64,000 nucleotides of DNA from an uncultured Alphaproteobacteria bacterium (GTDB taxonomy: Bacteria > Pseudomonadota > Alphaproteobacteria > Rhizobiales > Beijerinckiaceae): assembly GCA_963842835.1 (NCBI GenBank), contig CAWJIB010000014.1, positions 22,665 to 86,664 of the forward strand, in the 5' to 3' direction. Numbering within the stretch: the first letter of the stretch is position 1; every line of letters starts with the position of its first letter. Under the pieces are notes generated by a model. It saw nothing but the letters and a program-made list of their open reading frames with translations. It made no database searches and had not been told where the DNA came from. The translations under genes were made by a program, and so were the position numbers. Shown here in pieces: positions 48,931-58,085 of the stretch.

Positions 48931-49548
48931 ATGACAGAGCGCGGCGCGGCTTGCGAAATCGGCGACGAGGCGCAATTCGTGCGCCTCGCCGCCGCCGCTC
49001 GGCCGTTCACACGCAGCGAGGCGGCCGCCTTCCTCGCCGAGTTGCGCGAGGCCGTCCGGCGCGAGGCGGCGCTCCAGGACGAGCCGCGCGCCGACGAAAT
49101 CGAAGCGTATCGCGCAAGTCTCGAAAAATGGCGGTTGCTGCATCGCTGGACGCGCCATCACGCCTTTCGCGATCGAACGCGCGCGAAGCGCTCCGACGTC
49201 TGGCGCGAGACGCTGGAGCGATTTCGTCCATTGCGCGATTGTGAATTGATCGACTGGCTCGCGCTGCAGGTCGAAGTGGCCGCCAATATCGAAAGAGGCG
49301 CGCCCGACATGCGCCCGCGCGATCCCGGCCCGACCTGGCTGGCGACCCTGGAATATGTGTCGAACCGCAAGCGCAAGGCGCTCGCGGTGCTGCGCTGGGC
49401 GCGCGCCGCGCAAGAGGAAGACGCTCATATTGCCGACTCCGACCCGCGCGCCGGCGCCCCGACCCCCGTCGGGGCCGACCCGGCCCGCTTCGGCCGGGGG
49501 GCCGGCGGCCACGAGGGCCCGCCGTGGCCGCTCGACGACTTGGAATAG
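48931..49548 (+). CDS. Hypothetical protein (205 aa), no family recognised
   Basis: RBS GAGGAG lies 4 nt upstream of the ATG. Third codon positions are G/C-rich and the residue mix is balanced (E/R/W/L), unlike the overlapping antisense ORF 48718..49512. No motif I can name. Confidence 0.5.
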   Translation: MTERGAACEIGDEAQFVRLAAAARPFTRSEAAAFLAELREAVRREAALQDEPRADEIEAYRASLEKWRLLHRWTRHHAFRDRTRAKRSDVWRETLERFRPLRDCELIDWLALQVEVAANIERGAPDMRPRDPGPTWLATLEYVSNRKRKALAVLRWARAAQEEDAHIADSDPRAGAPTPVGADPARFGRGAGGHEGPPWPLDDLE

Positions 49549-49572
49549 CGATCGGCGCCGAGCCTGGAGGGG

Positions 49573-50379
49573 TCAGGCGCCGGCGTTCCCCGGGCGCGCG
49601 GCTGGCGAACCCTCGCTCGCCGCCCACGGCACGATGAAGGGTTCGCCGCGATATTCGCCGCGCAGGGCGTCGACGCCATAGGCGGCCGCGATGACGGCGT
49701 CGGTGAGGACGGAGGGAGGGCCGTCGGCGACGACGCGTCCGTCGGCGAGCAGGATCAACCGATCGCAAAAGCGGACGGCCAGGGTCAGATCGTGAAGGAC
49801 CGCGACGACCCCGGCGCCGCGCCTGGCGACCGAACGCAGAAGCTCCATCGTGCGCAGCTGGTGCAGCGGGTCCAGCGCCGCGACCGGCTCGTCGGCCAGA
49901 AGAATTTCGGCCTCGACGGCGAGTGCGCGCGCCAGCAGCACGCGCGCCCGCTCGCCTCCGGAAAGCGCGCCGAGCGTCCTCGCGCGCAGATGCGCGACGT
50001 CCGCCGCGGCGAGCGCGGCCTCGATCGCGGCATGGTCGGCGGCGCTCGGCGCCGCGAACGCGCGTCGATGCGGCAGGCGCCCCAATCCCACGAGATGGTC
50101 GACCCGCAGGGGCCAATAAGCCGTCCCGCCCTGCGCGAGGAAGGCGACGCGCTTGGCCAGTTCGCCGCGCCCGAGTTCGCTCGCCCGCCTGCCGTCATAG
50201 CGCGCCTCGCCCGCCTGCAACGGCTGAAGATCGGCGAGGACCCGCATCAGCGTCGTCTTGCCGGCCCCGTTCGGGCCGATGAGAGCGACCATCTCGCCGG
50301 AGCCGACGGCGCAATCGACCCCTTCGAGCGCGCTCTGCTCGCCGAAACGGACGGTCGCCTTCGTCGCGACGATGCGCAT
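49573..50379 (-). CDS. btuD: ABC transporter ATP-binding protein (BtuD/FecE-type)
   Basis: 268 aa from MRIVATKATVRF. Walker A GPNGAGKTT, signature LSGGERARV and Walker B ILLADEP. The track ORF (594 aa) is an in-frame upstream run-on. Confidence 0.88.
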   Translation of the reverse strand: MRIVATKATVRFGEQSALEGVDCAVGSGEMVALIGPNGAGKTTLMRVLADLQPLQAGEARYDGRRASELGRGELAKRVAFLAQGGTAYWPLRVDHLVGLGRLPHRRAFAAPSAADHAAIEAALAAADVAHLRARTLGALSGGERARVLLARALAVEAEILLADEPVAALDPLHQLRTMELLRSVARRGAGVVAVLHDLTLAVRFCDRLILLADGRVVADGPPSVLTDAVIAAAYGVDALRGEYRGEPFIVPWAASEGSPAARPGNAGA

Positions 50380-51407
50380 CACGCCTCCCGCCGCAGACGA
50401 TCGATCAGGCCGAACAGGAACGGCGCGCCGACGAGGGCGGTCACGACGCCCAGTTTGAGTTCGGGATGGATCGGCAAGAGGCGCACCCCGATGTCGGCGC
50501 AGAGCAGAGCGATCGCGCCGCCGAATCCGCTGACGAGGAGCAGCCGGCCCGGCCGATGGCCGACGAGCGGACGCAGGACATGCGGAACGACGAGGCCGAC
50601 GAAGCCGATGGCGCCGGTGACGGCGACGGCGCTTCCCACCGCCAAGGCCGATCCCGCGACGAGCGTCAGCCGCAGGCGGGCGAGATCGAAGCCGAGGCTG
50701 CTCGCGGTGTCCTCGCCCAAGCTCAGGGCGTCCAGCGCCGGCGCCGAGGACAGCAGCAAAGCCCATCCCGCGAGCATCAGCGGCAGCGCCAGCCACACTT
50801 GCGGCAGGCTGCGATCGGTGAGCGAACCCATCAGCCAGAACATGATTTCGAAGGCGGCGTAAGGGTTGGGCGAAAGATTGAGCGCGAGCGCGGTCAGCGC
50901 GCCGGCGAAGCTGTTGATCGTCACCCCGGCGAGGATCAGCGTCGTCGTCCCGGCGCCCCGCCCGGCAAGGCCATAAAGAGCCAGCGCGGCGACGACCGCG
51001 CCGGCGATGCCCCCGAGAGGCAGGGCCAGGGAGAGGGCGCCGGCGAGTCCGGAATAGAAGACGACGACCGCGCCGAGCGCCGCGCCGCCGGAGACGCCGA
51101 CGACGCCGGGATCGGCGAGCGGATTGCGCAGCAGCCCCTGCATCGCGGCGCCGGTCAGCCCGAGGCTGAATCCAACGGCGCAGCCGAGCACGGCGCGCGG
51201 CAATCGCAGCTGCGCCAACACCAGGGCGGGAAGGCTCGGGCGGCCGTGCGCGATATCGCTCAGCGCCGCGAGAACATCGAGATGGACGGCGCCGACGAGG
51301 AGCGACGCCCATGTCGCGACGAGCGCCAAGCCGCCGAGCGCGGCGGCGAGCGGCCAATAGGCGGTCCGGGCGCGCAGAAGTTGGGATCGCCGCCGCGCGC
51401 CGCTCAA
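50379..51407 (-). CDS. btuC: FecCD-family ABC permease (BtuC-type)
   Basis: About 342 aa from a TTG that overlaps the btuF stop (TTGA). Polytopic FecCD pattern (GAIGFVGLVVPH). The start is uncertain, as the track ORF begins at 51494. Confidence 0.82.
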   Translation of the reverse strand: MSGARRRSQLLRARTAYWPLAAALGGLALVATWASLLVGAVHLDVLAALSDIAHGRPSLPALVLAQLRLPRAVLGCAVGFSLGLTGAAMQGLLRNPLADPGVVGVSGGAALGAVVVFYSGLAGALSLALPLGGIAGAVVAALALYGLAGRGAGTTTLILAGVTINSFAGALTALALNLSPNPYAAFEIMFWLMGSLTDRSLPQVWLALPLMLAGWALLLSSAPALDALSLGEDTASSLGFDLARLRLTLVAGSALAVGSAVAVTGAIGFVGLVVPHVLRPLVGHRPGRLLLVSGFGGAIALLCADIGVRLLPIHPELKLGVVTALVGAPFLFGLIDRLRREA

Positions 51408-52303
51408 TTGCGCATCTCCCGCGCCCGGAGGCCCGCGGTCCCGTCCACGAGCCGCTGGACGGCCTCGACCAATGCGGGGCCCGCGCAAGTCCACAGACGC
51501 GAAGGCAGCGAAACGACTCTCAGGCGATGGGAAAGCTCGGCGACGATCGGGTGACCAAGCGCCTCGGTCGCGAGCGAGGGCGCCCCGAAGCTTTCGCCGT
51601 CGACGATCAGCACATCCGCGTCGAGCAGGGCCAGCCTCTCCAACGAAATCTGCTGATAGGCGCCGATATCGAGCGCAGCGGCCAGATTCATCATGCCCGC
51701 GCGCCGCAGAATCTCGTCGACGAGCGATCCCGGACCGACCGTAAAGCCGTTCGGCCGCAGGATGATCGCGCGCAACGGCGGCCGGCTCGGATCGACGGAA
51801 ATCCGCGCCAGACGGCCATCGATTTCGGCCGCCAGCGCTTCGCCTCGCTCCGGCTCGCCGAGGACGGCCGCGACTTCGCGAATCTGGCGCCGGACGCCCT
51901 CGAGCGTCTCGGGAACGGAGAATTCGACCACCGGCGCGCCGACCTGGGCGAGCAGCGCGAGGGTCGAGCGCTCCGTGAACGGGCCGGCGAGCACCAGGTC
52001 GGGACGGTAGGAGAGCGCTTCCTCCGCCAGCCCGTTATTGACCGGCAGGCCCATCGCCGCGTCGGCCATATTGGCGTTGCGCGGATCTTGCGAAAGCCAG
52101 GTGACGGAAGCGATGGCGTCGCGATCGGCCAGTCTCAGAACCAGTTCGTCCGTGCACATATTGATGGAAACGACGCGCCTCGGCTTGCCCGCCGAATCGG
52201 CCGCCTGCGCTCCGGCGGCGCAGATCAGCGCCGCCACGAGCGCAAGGCGACGCGCTAGCCCAGGCGCTCGGCGCCCGTCGCGCCGCTTCGGCGCACTGGT
52301 CAA
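51404..52303 (-). CDS. btuF: Periplasmic substrate-binding protein of a cobalamin/siderophore-type ABC importer (BtuF-like)
   Basis: 299 aa from a TTG start. Signal peptide RRLALVAALICAAGAQA. Class III SBP layout (RVVSINMCTDELVLRL). Confidence 0.8.
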   Translation of the reverse strand: MTSAPKRRDGRRAPGLARRLALVAALICAAGAQAADSAGKPRRVVSINMCTDELVLRLADRDAIASVTWLSQDPRNANMADAAMGLPVNNGLAEEALSYRPDLVLAGPFTERSTLALLAQVGAPVVEFSVPETLEGVRRQIREVAAVLGEPERGEALAAEIDGRLARISVDPSRPPLRAIILRPNGFTVGPGSLVDEILRRAGMMNLAAALDIGAYQQISLERLALLDADVLIVDGESFGAPSLATEALGHPIVAELSHRLRVVSLPSRLWTCAGPALVEAVQRLVDGTAGLRAREMRN

Positions 52304-52351
52304 GTCGTCACCAACTGCAAGTCGTCACCAACTGCAAGTCGTCACCAACTG
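52301..52351. repeat. Perfect 3 x 17-bp tandem repeat (CAAGTCGTCACCAACTG) spanning the btuB stop / btuF start junction
   Basis: Read directly. Units are 52301-52317, 52318-52334 and 52335-52351, all identical. Confidence 0.95.
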
Positions 52352-54342
52352 TATGTCACCCCTGCGTAATAGGAGCGCCCGGCCGTGCCGTAATTGTACA
52401 CTTCCTCGTAGCGCGCGTCGGTGACGTTCTCCACGCGGCCGAACAATGCGAAACTGTCGTTGAACTTGTAGTTGGCGAGGACATCGAGCTTGGCGTAGGG
52501 CGCCAGGGTCACGTTCGAGATCGTGCCGTAGTCCAAGCGCGACCCGACGAGGGTCAGCCGCGCCTCCAGTTCGAGCTTGGCGATTCCGTCATAGATCAGC
52601 GACAGCGCGCCCTTGTTGTGCGGCCGCTGCAACAACTGCGTATCCGTCTCGAGATCGCGCGCGTCCAGATAGGTATAGCTCGCGCGCGCGCGCCAAGCGT
52701 CGGGAACGAGGATCGCGTCGGCCGAGAGTTCGACGCCTTTGGTCTCGGCGCGGCCGACGTTGTAATAGCAGCCGTAGAGACTGTTTTGCGCGGCCGTGCA
52801 CGAATTGTCGTAACCGAAATTGATGAGATTGCGATAGGTCGTGTCGAAGGCCGTCGCCGACGCGGTGAAGCGCCCGCCGAATTTCTGGTCGATCCCGACG
52901 TCGAAACCGAAGCTCTGCTCCGGCGCCAGGGTCGCATCGCCGTATTGGCTGAAGCGCTGGTAGAGCGTCGCGGCCTTGTCGCCGGTCCCCACGCTCGCGC
53001 GCAGCTTGGTTCCCGTCTCGTCGATGCGATAGGCCGCCGTCGCGCGCCACGTCTCGAAGGTTTGCCCGCCTTCGATCGCGTCGATCCGCCCGCCGAGCGT
53101 GAGGTCGAGGCGATCGGCAAGCGTCAGGCGATGCTCGGCGAAGACCGAATTCGTCGTCTGCTGCGCGCGGATCGGCGTGAACGACCCGTCGTCCGGATTG
53201 GGGCTCTGCGACGTGCTCGCGGTCTCGGTCTCGTTACGCGCGCCCAGGGTCAGCGCGCCGAAGGCGCCGAGTTTCAGATCGCCCTGATATTCCGCGCCGT
53301 AGCGCACGCCCTGGTAGCCCGTGCGGCAATTGAACGCGTTGCCGGCGATGTCGTAGCAGCTCTCGGTCTCCCAAATGTTGCGGTTCGTGACATTGCTGAA
53401 GACGGTGAGCTGGCTGCGCAGCAGCCCGCCGAACGAATCGGCAGTCGCGCGCAGGAAACCATCGGCGATCGTCGCCTGCGAGACATTGTAATGGCTGAAC
53501 ACGTCCGCCGGAAACAGCGCATAGGGATTGTCGAAACGCAGCGCATTGCCGAACAGCGAGAACCCGGCGTCGATCACGACGTCTTGGGAGAGGCGATAGG
53601 AAAATCGCCCGCTCATGCCTGCCTTGTTGGTCGGATCGTCAGCCGGCAAGGGCGGCAGGGGCGGGTTGGTGTAGGGGAACAAGAGCGCCGGCGGCCGGTC
53701 GATGCGGTAGCCGTAGCGGGGAGAGCCGTCGGCGTGCAGCGCGTTGACGCCCAGCGAATAGGTCCAGACGTCGTCGCCGCCCGACATCGTCGCTCGCGTC
53801 GAGATCGTGCCGTAGCTGCCCGCCTCGACCGTCACCGAGCGATGGGGCGTCTTGCCTCCCTTGCGGGTGATGATGTTGATGACGCCGCCCATCGCGTCCG
53901 ATCCATAGAGCGCGGATTGCGGCCCGCGCAGCACCTCGATGCGCTCGATGTCGACGGCGGAAAGATTGCCGAAGTCGACCGAGCCGTCGGTCTGGGCGGG
54001 ATCTCCGATGCGCACGCCGTCGATGAGCACCAGGGTCTCGCCGGCGTTGGAGCCGCGCAGGCGGACCGCGGTCGTGGAGCCGACGCCGCCGGATTGGTCG
54101 ACGTCGAGGCCGGCGACTCCGCGCAGGACGTCGGCCAGGCCCTTTGTTCCCAGTTTCTCGACCTCGGCGGCGGGGATGATCGTCACCGAGGCGCCGGTCT
54201 GTCCGATCGGCTCTTCGACCCGATCGGCCGTCACTGAAATTTCCGGCAATTCGTCGGCGCGGGCGCAAGGCGCGAGCGCGCACGGCAGCGCGATAGCAAT
54301 CAGGGCGGCCCGACTCGCGGGCCGGAATGCGGCTTTGAACAT
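52342..54342 (-). CDS. btuB: TonB-dependent outer-membrane receptor (BtuB-like, cobalamin)
   Basis: 666 aa from MFKAAFRPASRAALIAIALPCALAPCARA. TonB box region DELPEISVTADR, plug domain, and C-terminal ...YAGVTYSW ending in an aromatic residue. The track start at 54444 would overlap the riboswitch B12 box. Confidence 0.9.
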   Translation of the reverse strand: MFKAAFRPASRAALIAIALPCALAPCARADELPEISVTADRVEEPIGQTGASVTIIPAAEVEKLGTKGLADVLRGVAGLDVDQSGGVGSTTAVRLRGSNAGETLVLIDGVRIGDPAQTDGSVDFGNLSAVDIERIEVLRGPQSALYGSDAMGGVINIITRKGGKTPHRSVTVEAGSYGTISTRATMSGGDDVWTYSLGVNALHADGSPRYGYRIDRPPALLFPYTNPPLPPLPADDPTNKAGMSGRFSYRLSQDVVIDAGFSLFGNALRFDNPYALFPADVFSHYNVSQATIADGFLRATADSFGGLLRSQLTVFSNVTNRNIWETESCYDIAGNAFNCRTGYQGVRYGAEYQGDLKLGAFGALTLGARNETETASTSQSPNPDDGSFTPIRAQQTTNSVFAEHRLTLADRLDLTLGGRIDAIEGGQTFETWRATAAYRIDETGTKLRASVGTGDKAATLYQRFSQYGDATLAPEQSFGFDVGIDQKFGGRFTASATAFDTTYRNLINFGYDNSCTAAQNSLYGCYYNVGRAETKGVELSADAILVPDAWRARASYTYLDARDLETDTQLLQRPHNKGALSLIYDGIAKLELEARLTLVGSRLDYGTISNVTLAPYAKLDVLANYKFNDSFALFGRVENVTDARYEEVYNYGTAGRSYYAGVTYSW

Positions 54343-54384
54343 GATTCCCCCGGCCGTCCCACCGACGGCGGCTAGAGTTGCACG

Positions 54385-54575
54385 ATCAAAGGCCGGTCTC
54401 CTGGCTCGCGGGTTCTCGCCCCTCCCCTCCTTCCCAGGACCCATGGTCCCAGTGGATCAAATGGAGAGCGGCTCGCCGCTTACAGTTGCGGGGGCAGCCG
54501 CGGCATTGGCTCGAACCCGTAAGGCTCGAACCGCACCGCGTTCCCGTTTGACCCGGCTCACGCCGGATCGCCAAT
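54385..54575 (-). promoter_or_regulatory. Cobalamin (B12) riboswitch
   Basis: The minus strand carries several riboswitch hallmarks. These are GGGAACGCGGTGCGGTTCGAGCC, GCTGCCCCCGCAACTGTAAGCGG, CCACTGGGACCATGGGTCCTGGGAAGG and the B12 box GCCAGGAGACCGGCC (54391-54405). All lie directly upstream of btuB. Confidence 0.85.
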
Positions 54576-54887
54576 GACGAGTTACGAGTATGACGTTTTG
54601 TTAGCCCGCGCAAGCGCCGCAGCGGATGGGAATCTCAAGCGACGGGGCCACCGGGGGGCGCCCGGCGGCCTTTCTTCGAGCCTCGAAGCCATAGTGATTG
54701 GGCCAGCACTTACGTCCGTAAGGGCCGACGCGCCATCCCGGCGGGCAAGCGAAGACGGCGCCGCGCAGACTGCCGTAACCGGTGTGGAACCAATGACAAT
54801 GGCCACTCGGGTCGCGTTATCGCCATGCGTGAAGGCAAGCATGGAAAAGCGCAGCGAGCTTGCCGCCGCGCGTGCGATTCAACGATC

Positions 54888-56528
54888 TTATCCGCCCACC
54901 GCCAGATGACCGTGGTATCGCGCGCGCAGATCAGTCTTGAGCAGCTTGCCAGTCGCCGTATGGGGCAGGCTGTCGACGAACACGACGTCGTCGGGCATCC
55001 ACCATTTGGCGATCTTGTCCGAGAGGAAATCGAGGATCGACTGCTTGCTCGGGCTGCGGCCCGGCCTCGGCTGGACGATCAGCAGCGGACGCTCCTGCCA
55101 GACGGGGTGATCAATCGCGATGACGGCGGCCTCGAACACATCCGGATGAGAAACGACGAGGTTCTCGATCTCGATCGAGGAAATCCACTCGCCCCCCGAT
55201 TTGATCACGTCTTTCAGCCGGTCGGTGAGCTGCACGTATCCGTCCGGATCGATCGTCGCTACATCGCCGGTGCCGAACCATCCGTCCTTATCGACGACCT
55301 GGCCGCCCTCGCCCTTGAAGTAGCCGGAAATCACCCAATTGCCCCGCACCTTCAACTCGCCCACCGACTTGCCGTCGTGTGGAAGGTCTTGCCCCTCCCG
55401 GCCGACGAGCTTCAATTCCACGCCATAGACTTGGCGCCCCTGCTTGAGCTGCATGTCGACGAGTTGCTTGCGGGTCGCCCCGTCGTGCTTGTGCAACGGC
55501 GAGCCAACGGTCACCAACGGGCTGGTTTCCGTCATTCCCCAGGCATGCAGCAAGAACACGCCGAGCAGATCATGGAACTTTTCGATCGTCGCGCGCGGCG
55601 CCGCCGTGCCGCCGGAAAAGACCTGGCGGAGCTTCAGACGCGATAAATCCAACTGCGCCTGATTTTTCTCGAGCCAAGCGAGGAAATTGAGCCAGATCGT
55701 GGGAATGCCGCCCGCCTTTGAGCAACCCTCCTGCTCGAGCAACATATAGAGGCTCTCCGGATCGAGCTTGGGTCCGGGAAGCACCAGCTTCGCACCGCAC
55801 ATCGCCGCCGAGAACGGCAGGCTCCATGCGTTGGCGTGAAACAGCGGCACCACGACGAGGATCGAATCGCGCGCGGAGAGCGCAAGGGCGTCAGCCGAAC
55901 AGGCGGCGAAGGCGTGCAAGACCGTCGACCGGTGGCTATACAGCACGCCCTTCGGGTTGCCCGTGGTGCCGGATGTGTAGCAGAGCGTGCATGCCGTATT
56001 CTCGTCGAACAGCGGCCAGTCATAGTCCGCGGACGCCGCCGCCAGGAGCTCCTCATAGCAGAGCAAGTTTTCGACGTTCACCGCCGGCATCGCCTCGCGG
56101 TCGCACAGCGCCACCCAGCCGCGCGCCAGCGGAAGGCGTGGAGCCAATTGTTCGATCAGCGGCGTGAAGATCGGATCGAAGAAAATGTAGCCGTCCTCGG
56201 CATGGTGCATGATGTATTGGATTTGCTCCGGGAACAGGCGCGGATTCACGGTGTGCAAGACGCGACCGGAGCTGGTGACGCCGTAATAGAGCTCAAGATG
56301 CCGATAGCCGTTCCACGCTAGCGTGGCGACGCGCTCGCCATGACCGACGCCGAGGGCTTCAAGCGCGTTGGCGACCTGCTTCGCCCGCGCCGCGACATCG
56401 CAATAGTTGCAGCGGTGAAGCGCCCCTTCGGCGTCGCGCGAAACGATCTCCCGATCGCCATGATAGGTTGCGGCATAGTCGACAAGACTTGAAATCAGCA
56501 GCGGACGCTGCTGCATGAGCCCAAGCAT
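54888..56528 (-). CDS. Long-chain/medium-chain fatty-acid--CoA ligase
   Basis: 546 aa from [18 protein letters not shown]-binding motif [12 protein letters not shown], plus GWFGTGD and the C-terminal TATGKLLK. Confidence 0.9.
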   Translation of the reverse strand: MLGLMQQRPLLISSLVDYAATYHGDREIVSRDAEGALHRCNYCDVAARAKQVANALEALGVGHGERVATLAWNGYRHLELYYGVTSSGRVLHTVNPRLFPEQIQYIMHHAEDGYIFFDPIFTPLIEQLAPRLPLARGWVALCDREAMPAVNVENLLCYEELLAAASADYDWPLFDENTACTLCYTSGTTGNPKGVLYSHRSTVLHAFAACSADALALSARDSILVVVPLFHANAWSLPFSAAMCGAKLVLPGPKLDPESLYMLLEQEGCSKAGGIPTIWLNFLAWLEKNQAQLDLSRLKLRQVFSGGTAAPRATIEKFHDLLGVFLLHAWGMTETSPLVTVGSPLHKHDGATRKQLVDMQLKQGRQVYGVELKLVGREGQDLPHDGKSVGELKVRGNWVISGYFKGEGGQVVDKDGWFGTGDVATIDPDGYVQLTDRLKDVIKSGGEWISSIEIENLVVSHPDVFEAAVIAIDHPVWQERPLLIVQPRPGRSPSKQSILDFLSDKIAKWWMPDDVVFVDSLPHTATGKLLKTDLRARYHGHLAVGG

Positions 56529-56724
56529 AGTGCGCCCCCCTCGTCTGCGCGGCCTTGTCCGACATCCCAGACGACCGCTGATTTTGGCGCTAGCCTGCAC
56601 CATCTTGGTTTGTCGAGCAAACCGGAAGCGCCGATGCGGCTTGTCGATGGGCGCCGCTCCGCCGGTTTTTGGGGGCGCGACAGGCGCGGCGGCGCTCCGC
56701 AATTCGGCGTGATTTTGCGTTTCG

Positions 56725-57927
56725 CTAATGAACGCCCAGAGCGCAACCGCCGGCGCCGGGCGGGCGGAACGCCTCTTCGGCGGGAATCTTGGCGAGGACG
56801 GTCAGATAGTCCCACGGATATTTCGACTCCGCCTCGGTCTTCACCTTCATGAGATAGCGGTCGTAGACGACGCGTCCGTCCGCGCGAATCGCGCCGTTGT
56901 CGGTGAAGACGTCGTGGATCGGCGCGTCCCGCATCACCTTGGCGACGATAAGCGCGTCGTCGCTCCCGACGCGCGCGACCGCTTCGAGATAATGGCGCAC
57001 GGAGGAATAGAGAACCGCCTGGTTGTCGTTGGGCATCCGCTTGGTGCGGGCGTAGAAGCGCTTGGCCCAGGCGCGCGTCGCGTCGTTGAGATCCCAGTAC
57101 CAGGACTGCATGAACACGAGATCATGCGCGATGGCGAGGCCCATCGCGTTGACGTCGCTCAGGTAGGTGATCGGCGTCGCGATATATTGCGCCGGCGCGA
57201 CGCCGAATTCATTAGCCTGCTTGAGCGAGGTGGAAAGGTCCGCGCCAGTGTTGGCGAGCACGACGACTTTCGCGTGAGACGCCTGCGCCGACAGCAGATA
57301 GGAGCTGAAATCGGCGGTGTTGAGCGGCGCCCTGACGCCGCCGACCGTCGTTCCGCCCGCCTTGGCGATGGCGTCGCGCGCGTCCGTCTCCAGCGAGGCG
57401 CCGAACGCGTAATCGGCGGTGATGAAGAAGAAGCTGTCGAGCTTCTGCTTGATCAAGAGGCGCATCAGCGAAACGCCGTTCGACCAATTGTCGGCGTTCC
57501 ACTGCATGCCGTTGGGCGAGCAGGCCTTGCCGGTCAAATCGGACGAGGACGCCGTATCGAAGATCACCAGCCTGCGGCGCGATTTCGCGAGCTCCTGAAT
57601 CGCCAGCGCGACGCCGGAATTGGTGATGTCGAAAATCGCCTCGACGCCGCGCTCGTCGTACCACTGGCGCGCGATCGCCATGCCGATATCGACCTTGTTC
57701 TGATGGTCGGCGACGAGAAGCTCGATCTTCTTGCCCAACACCGTCGCCCCGAAATCCTCGATCGCCAGGCGAACCGCCTCGACCGAACTCGGCCCCGCCA
57801 GATCGGCGTAGGGCCCGGACTGATCGTTCATGATGCCGATGACGAAGGAGCCGTCATCGGCTCGCGCGGGTTGGGCGAGGCTGACCAGCCACACCAGGCT
57901 CACGAGACAAAACGCGCGAAGGGCCAT
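56725..57927 (-). CDS. ABC transporter substrate-binding protein (branched-chain amino acid / amide type, LivK-like)
   Basis: 400 aa from MALRAFCLVSLVWLVSLAQPARA (signal peptide). Type I periplasmic binding fold pattern (IGIMNDQSGPYADLAG). Confidence 0.8.
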   Translation of the reverse strand: MALRAFCLVSLVWLVSLAQPARADDGSFVIGIMNDQSGPYADLAGPSSVEAVRLAIEDFGATVLGKKIELLVADHQNKVDIGMAIARQWYDERGVEAIFDITNSGVALAIQELAKSRRRLVIFDTASSSDLTGKACSPNGMQWNADNWSNGVSLMRLLIKQKLDSFFFITADYAFGASLETDARDAIAKAGGTTVGGVRAPLNTADFSSYLLSAQASHAKVVVLANTGADLSTSLKQANEFGVAPAQYIATPITYLSDVNAMGLAIAHDLVFMQSWYWDLNDATRAWAKRFYARTKRMPNDNQAVLYSSVRHYLEAVARVGSDDALIVAKVMRDAPIHDVFTDNGAIRADGRVVYDRYLMKVKTEAESKYPWDYLTVLAKIPAEEAFRPPGAGGCALGVH

Positions 57928-58085
57928 GCTCGGCTCCCGAAGGCATGAGGACTCGGCCGACAGGTTCGCCCAACTCGGCCACCTTGGCAACCGGCGCGCG
58001 GCCTCGCTCGGCCGCGGCGCGTTTGCGGATCGAACCCACAGGTTCCCTCGTTGCCTTGCGCAGTCAAACCTGCTTTAGCCCCGCA

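Noticed and set aside
49573-51357. 594-aa track ORF suggesting a large fused ABC protein.
   Set aside because: The upstream two-thirds is an Arg-rich run-on in an alternative frame of the permease gene. Only the last 268 aa carry the ABC ATPase motifs.
54343-54444. The 34-codon N-terminal extension of the TonB-dependent receptor ORF.
   Set aside because: It overlaps the B12 box and expression platform of the cobalamin riboswitch. The downstream ATG gives a proper signal peptide.
54574-54909. A 111-aa plus-strand ORF and an 86-aa minus-strand ORF in the spacer between the riboswitch and the CoA-ligase gene; also a possible second riboswitch (GCCACTC-like string).
   Set aside because: Neither ORF has an RBS or a recognisable family. 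Only small hairpins are present (CTTCGAG-CC-TCGAAG, CTTACG-GA-CGTAAG). The riboswitch core motifs are absent, so nothing is called.
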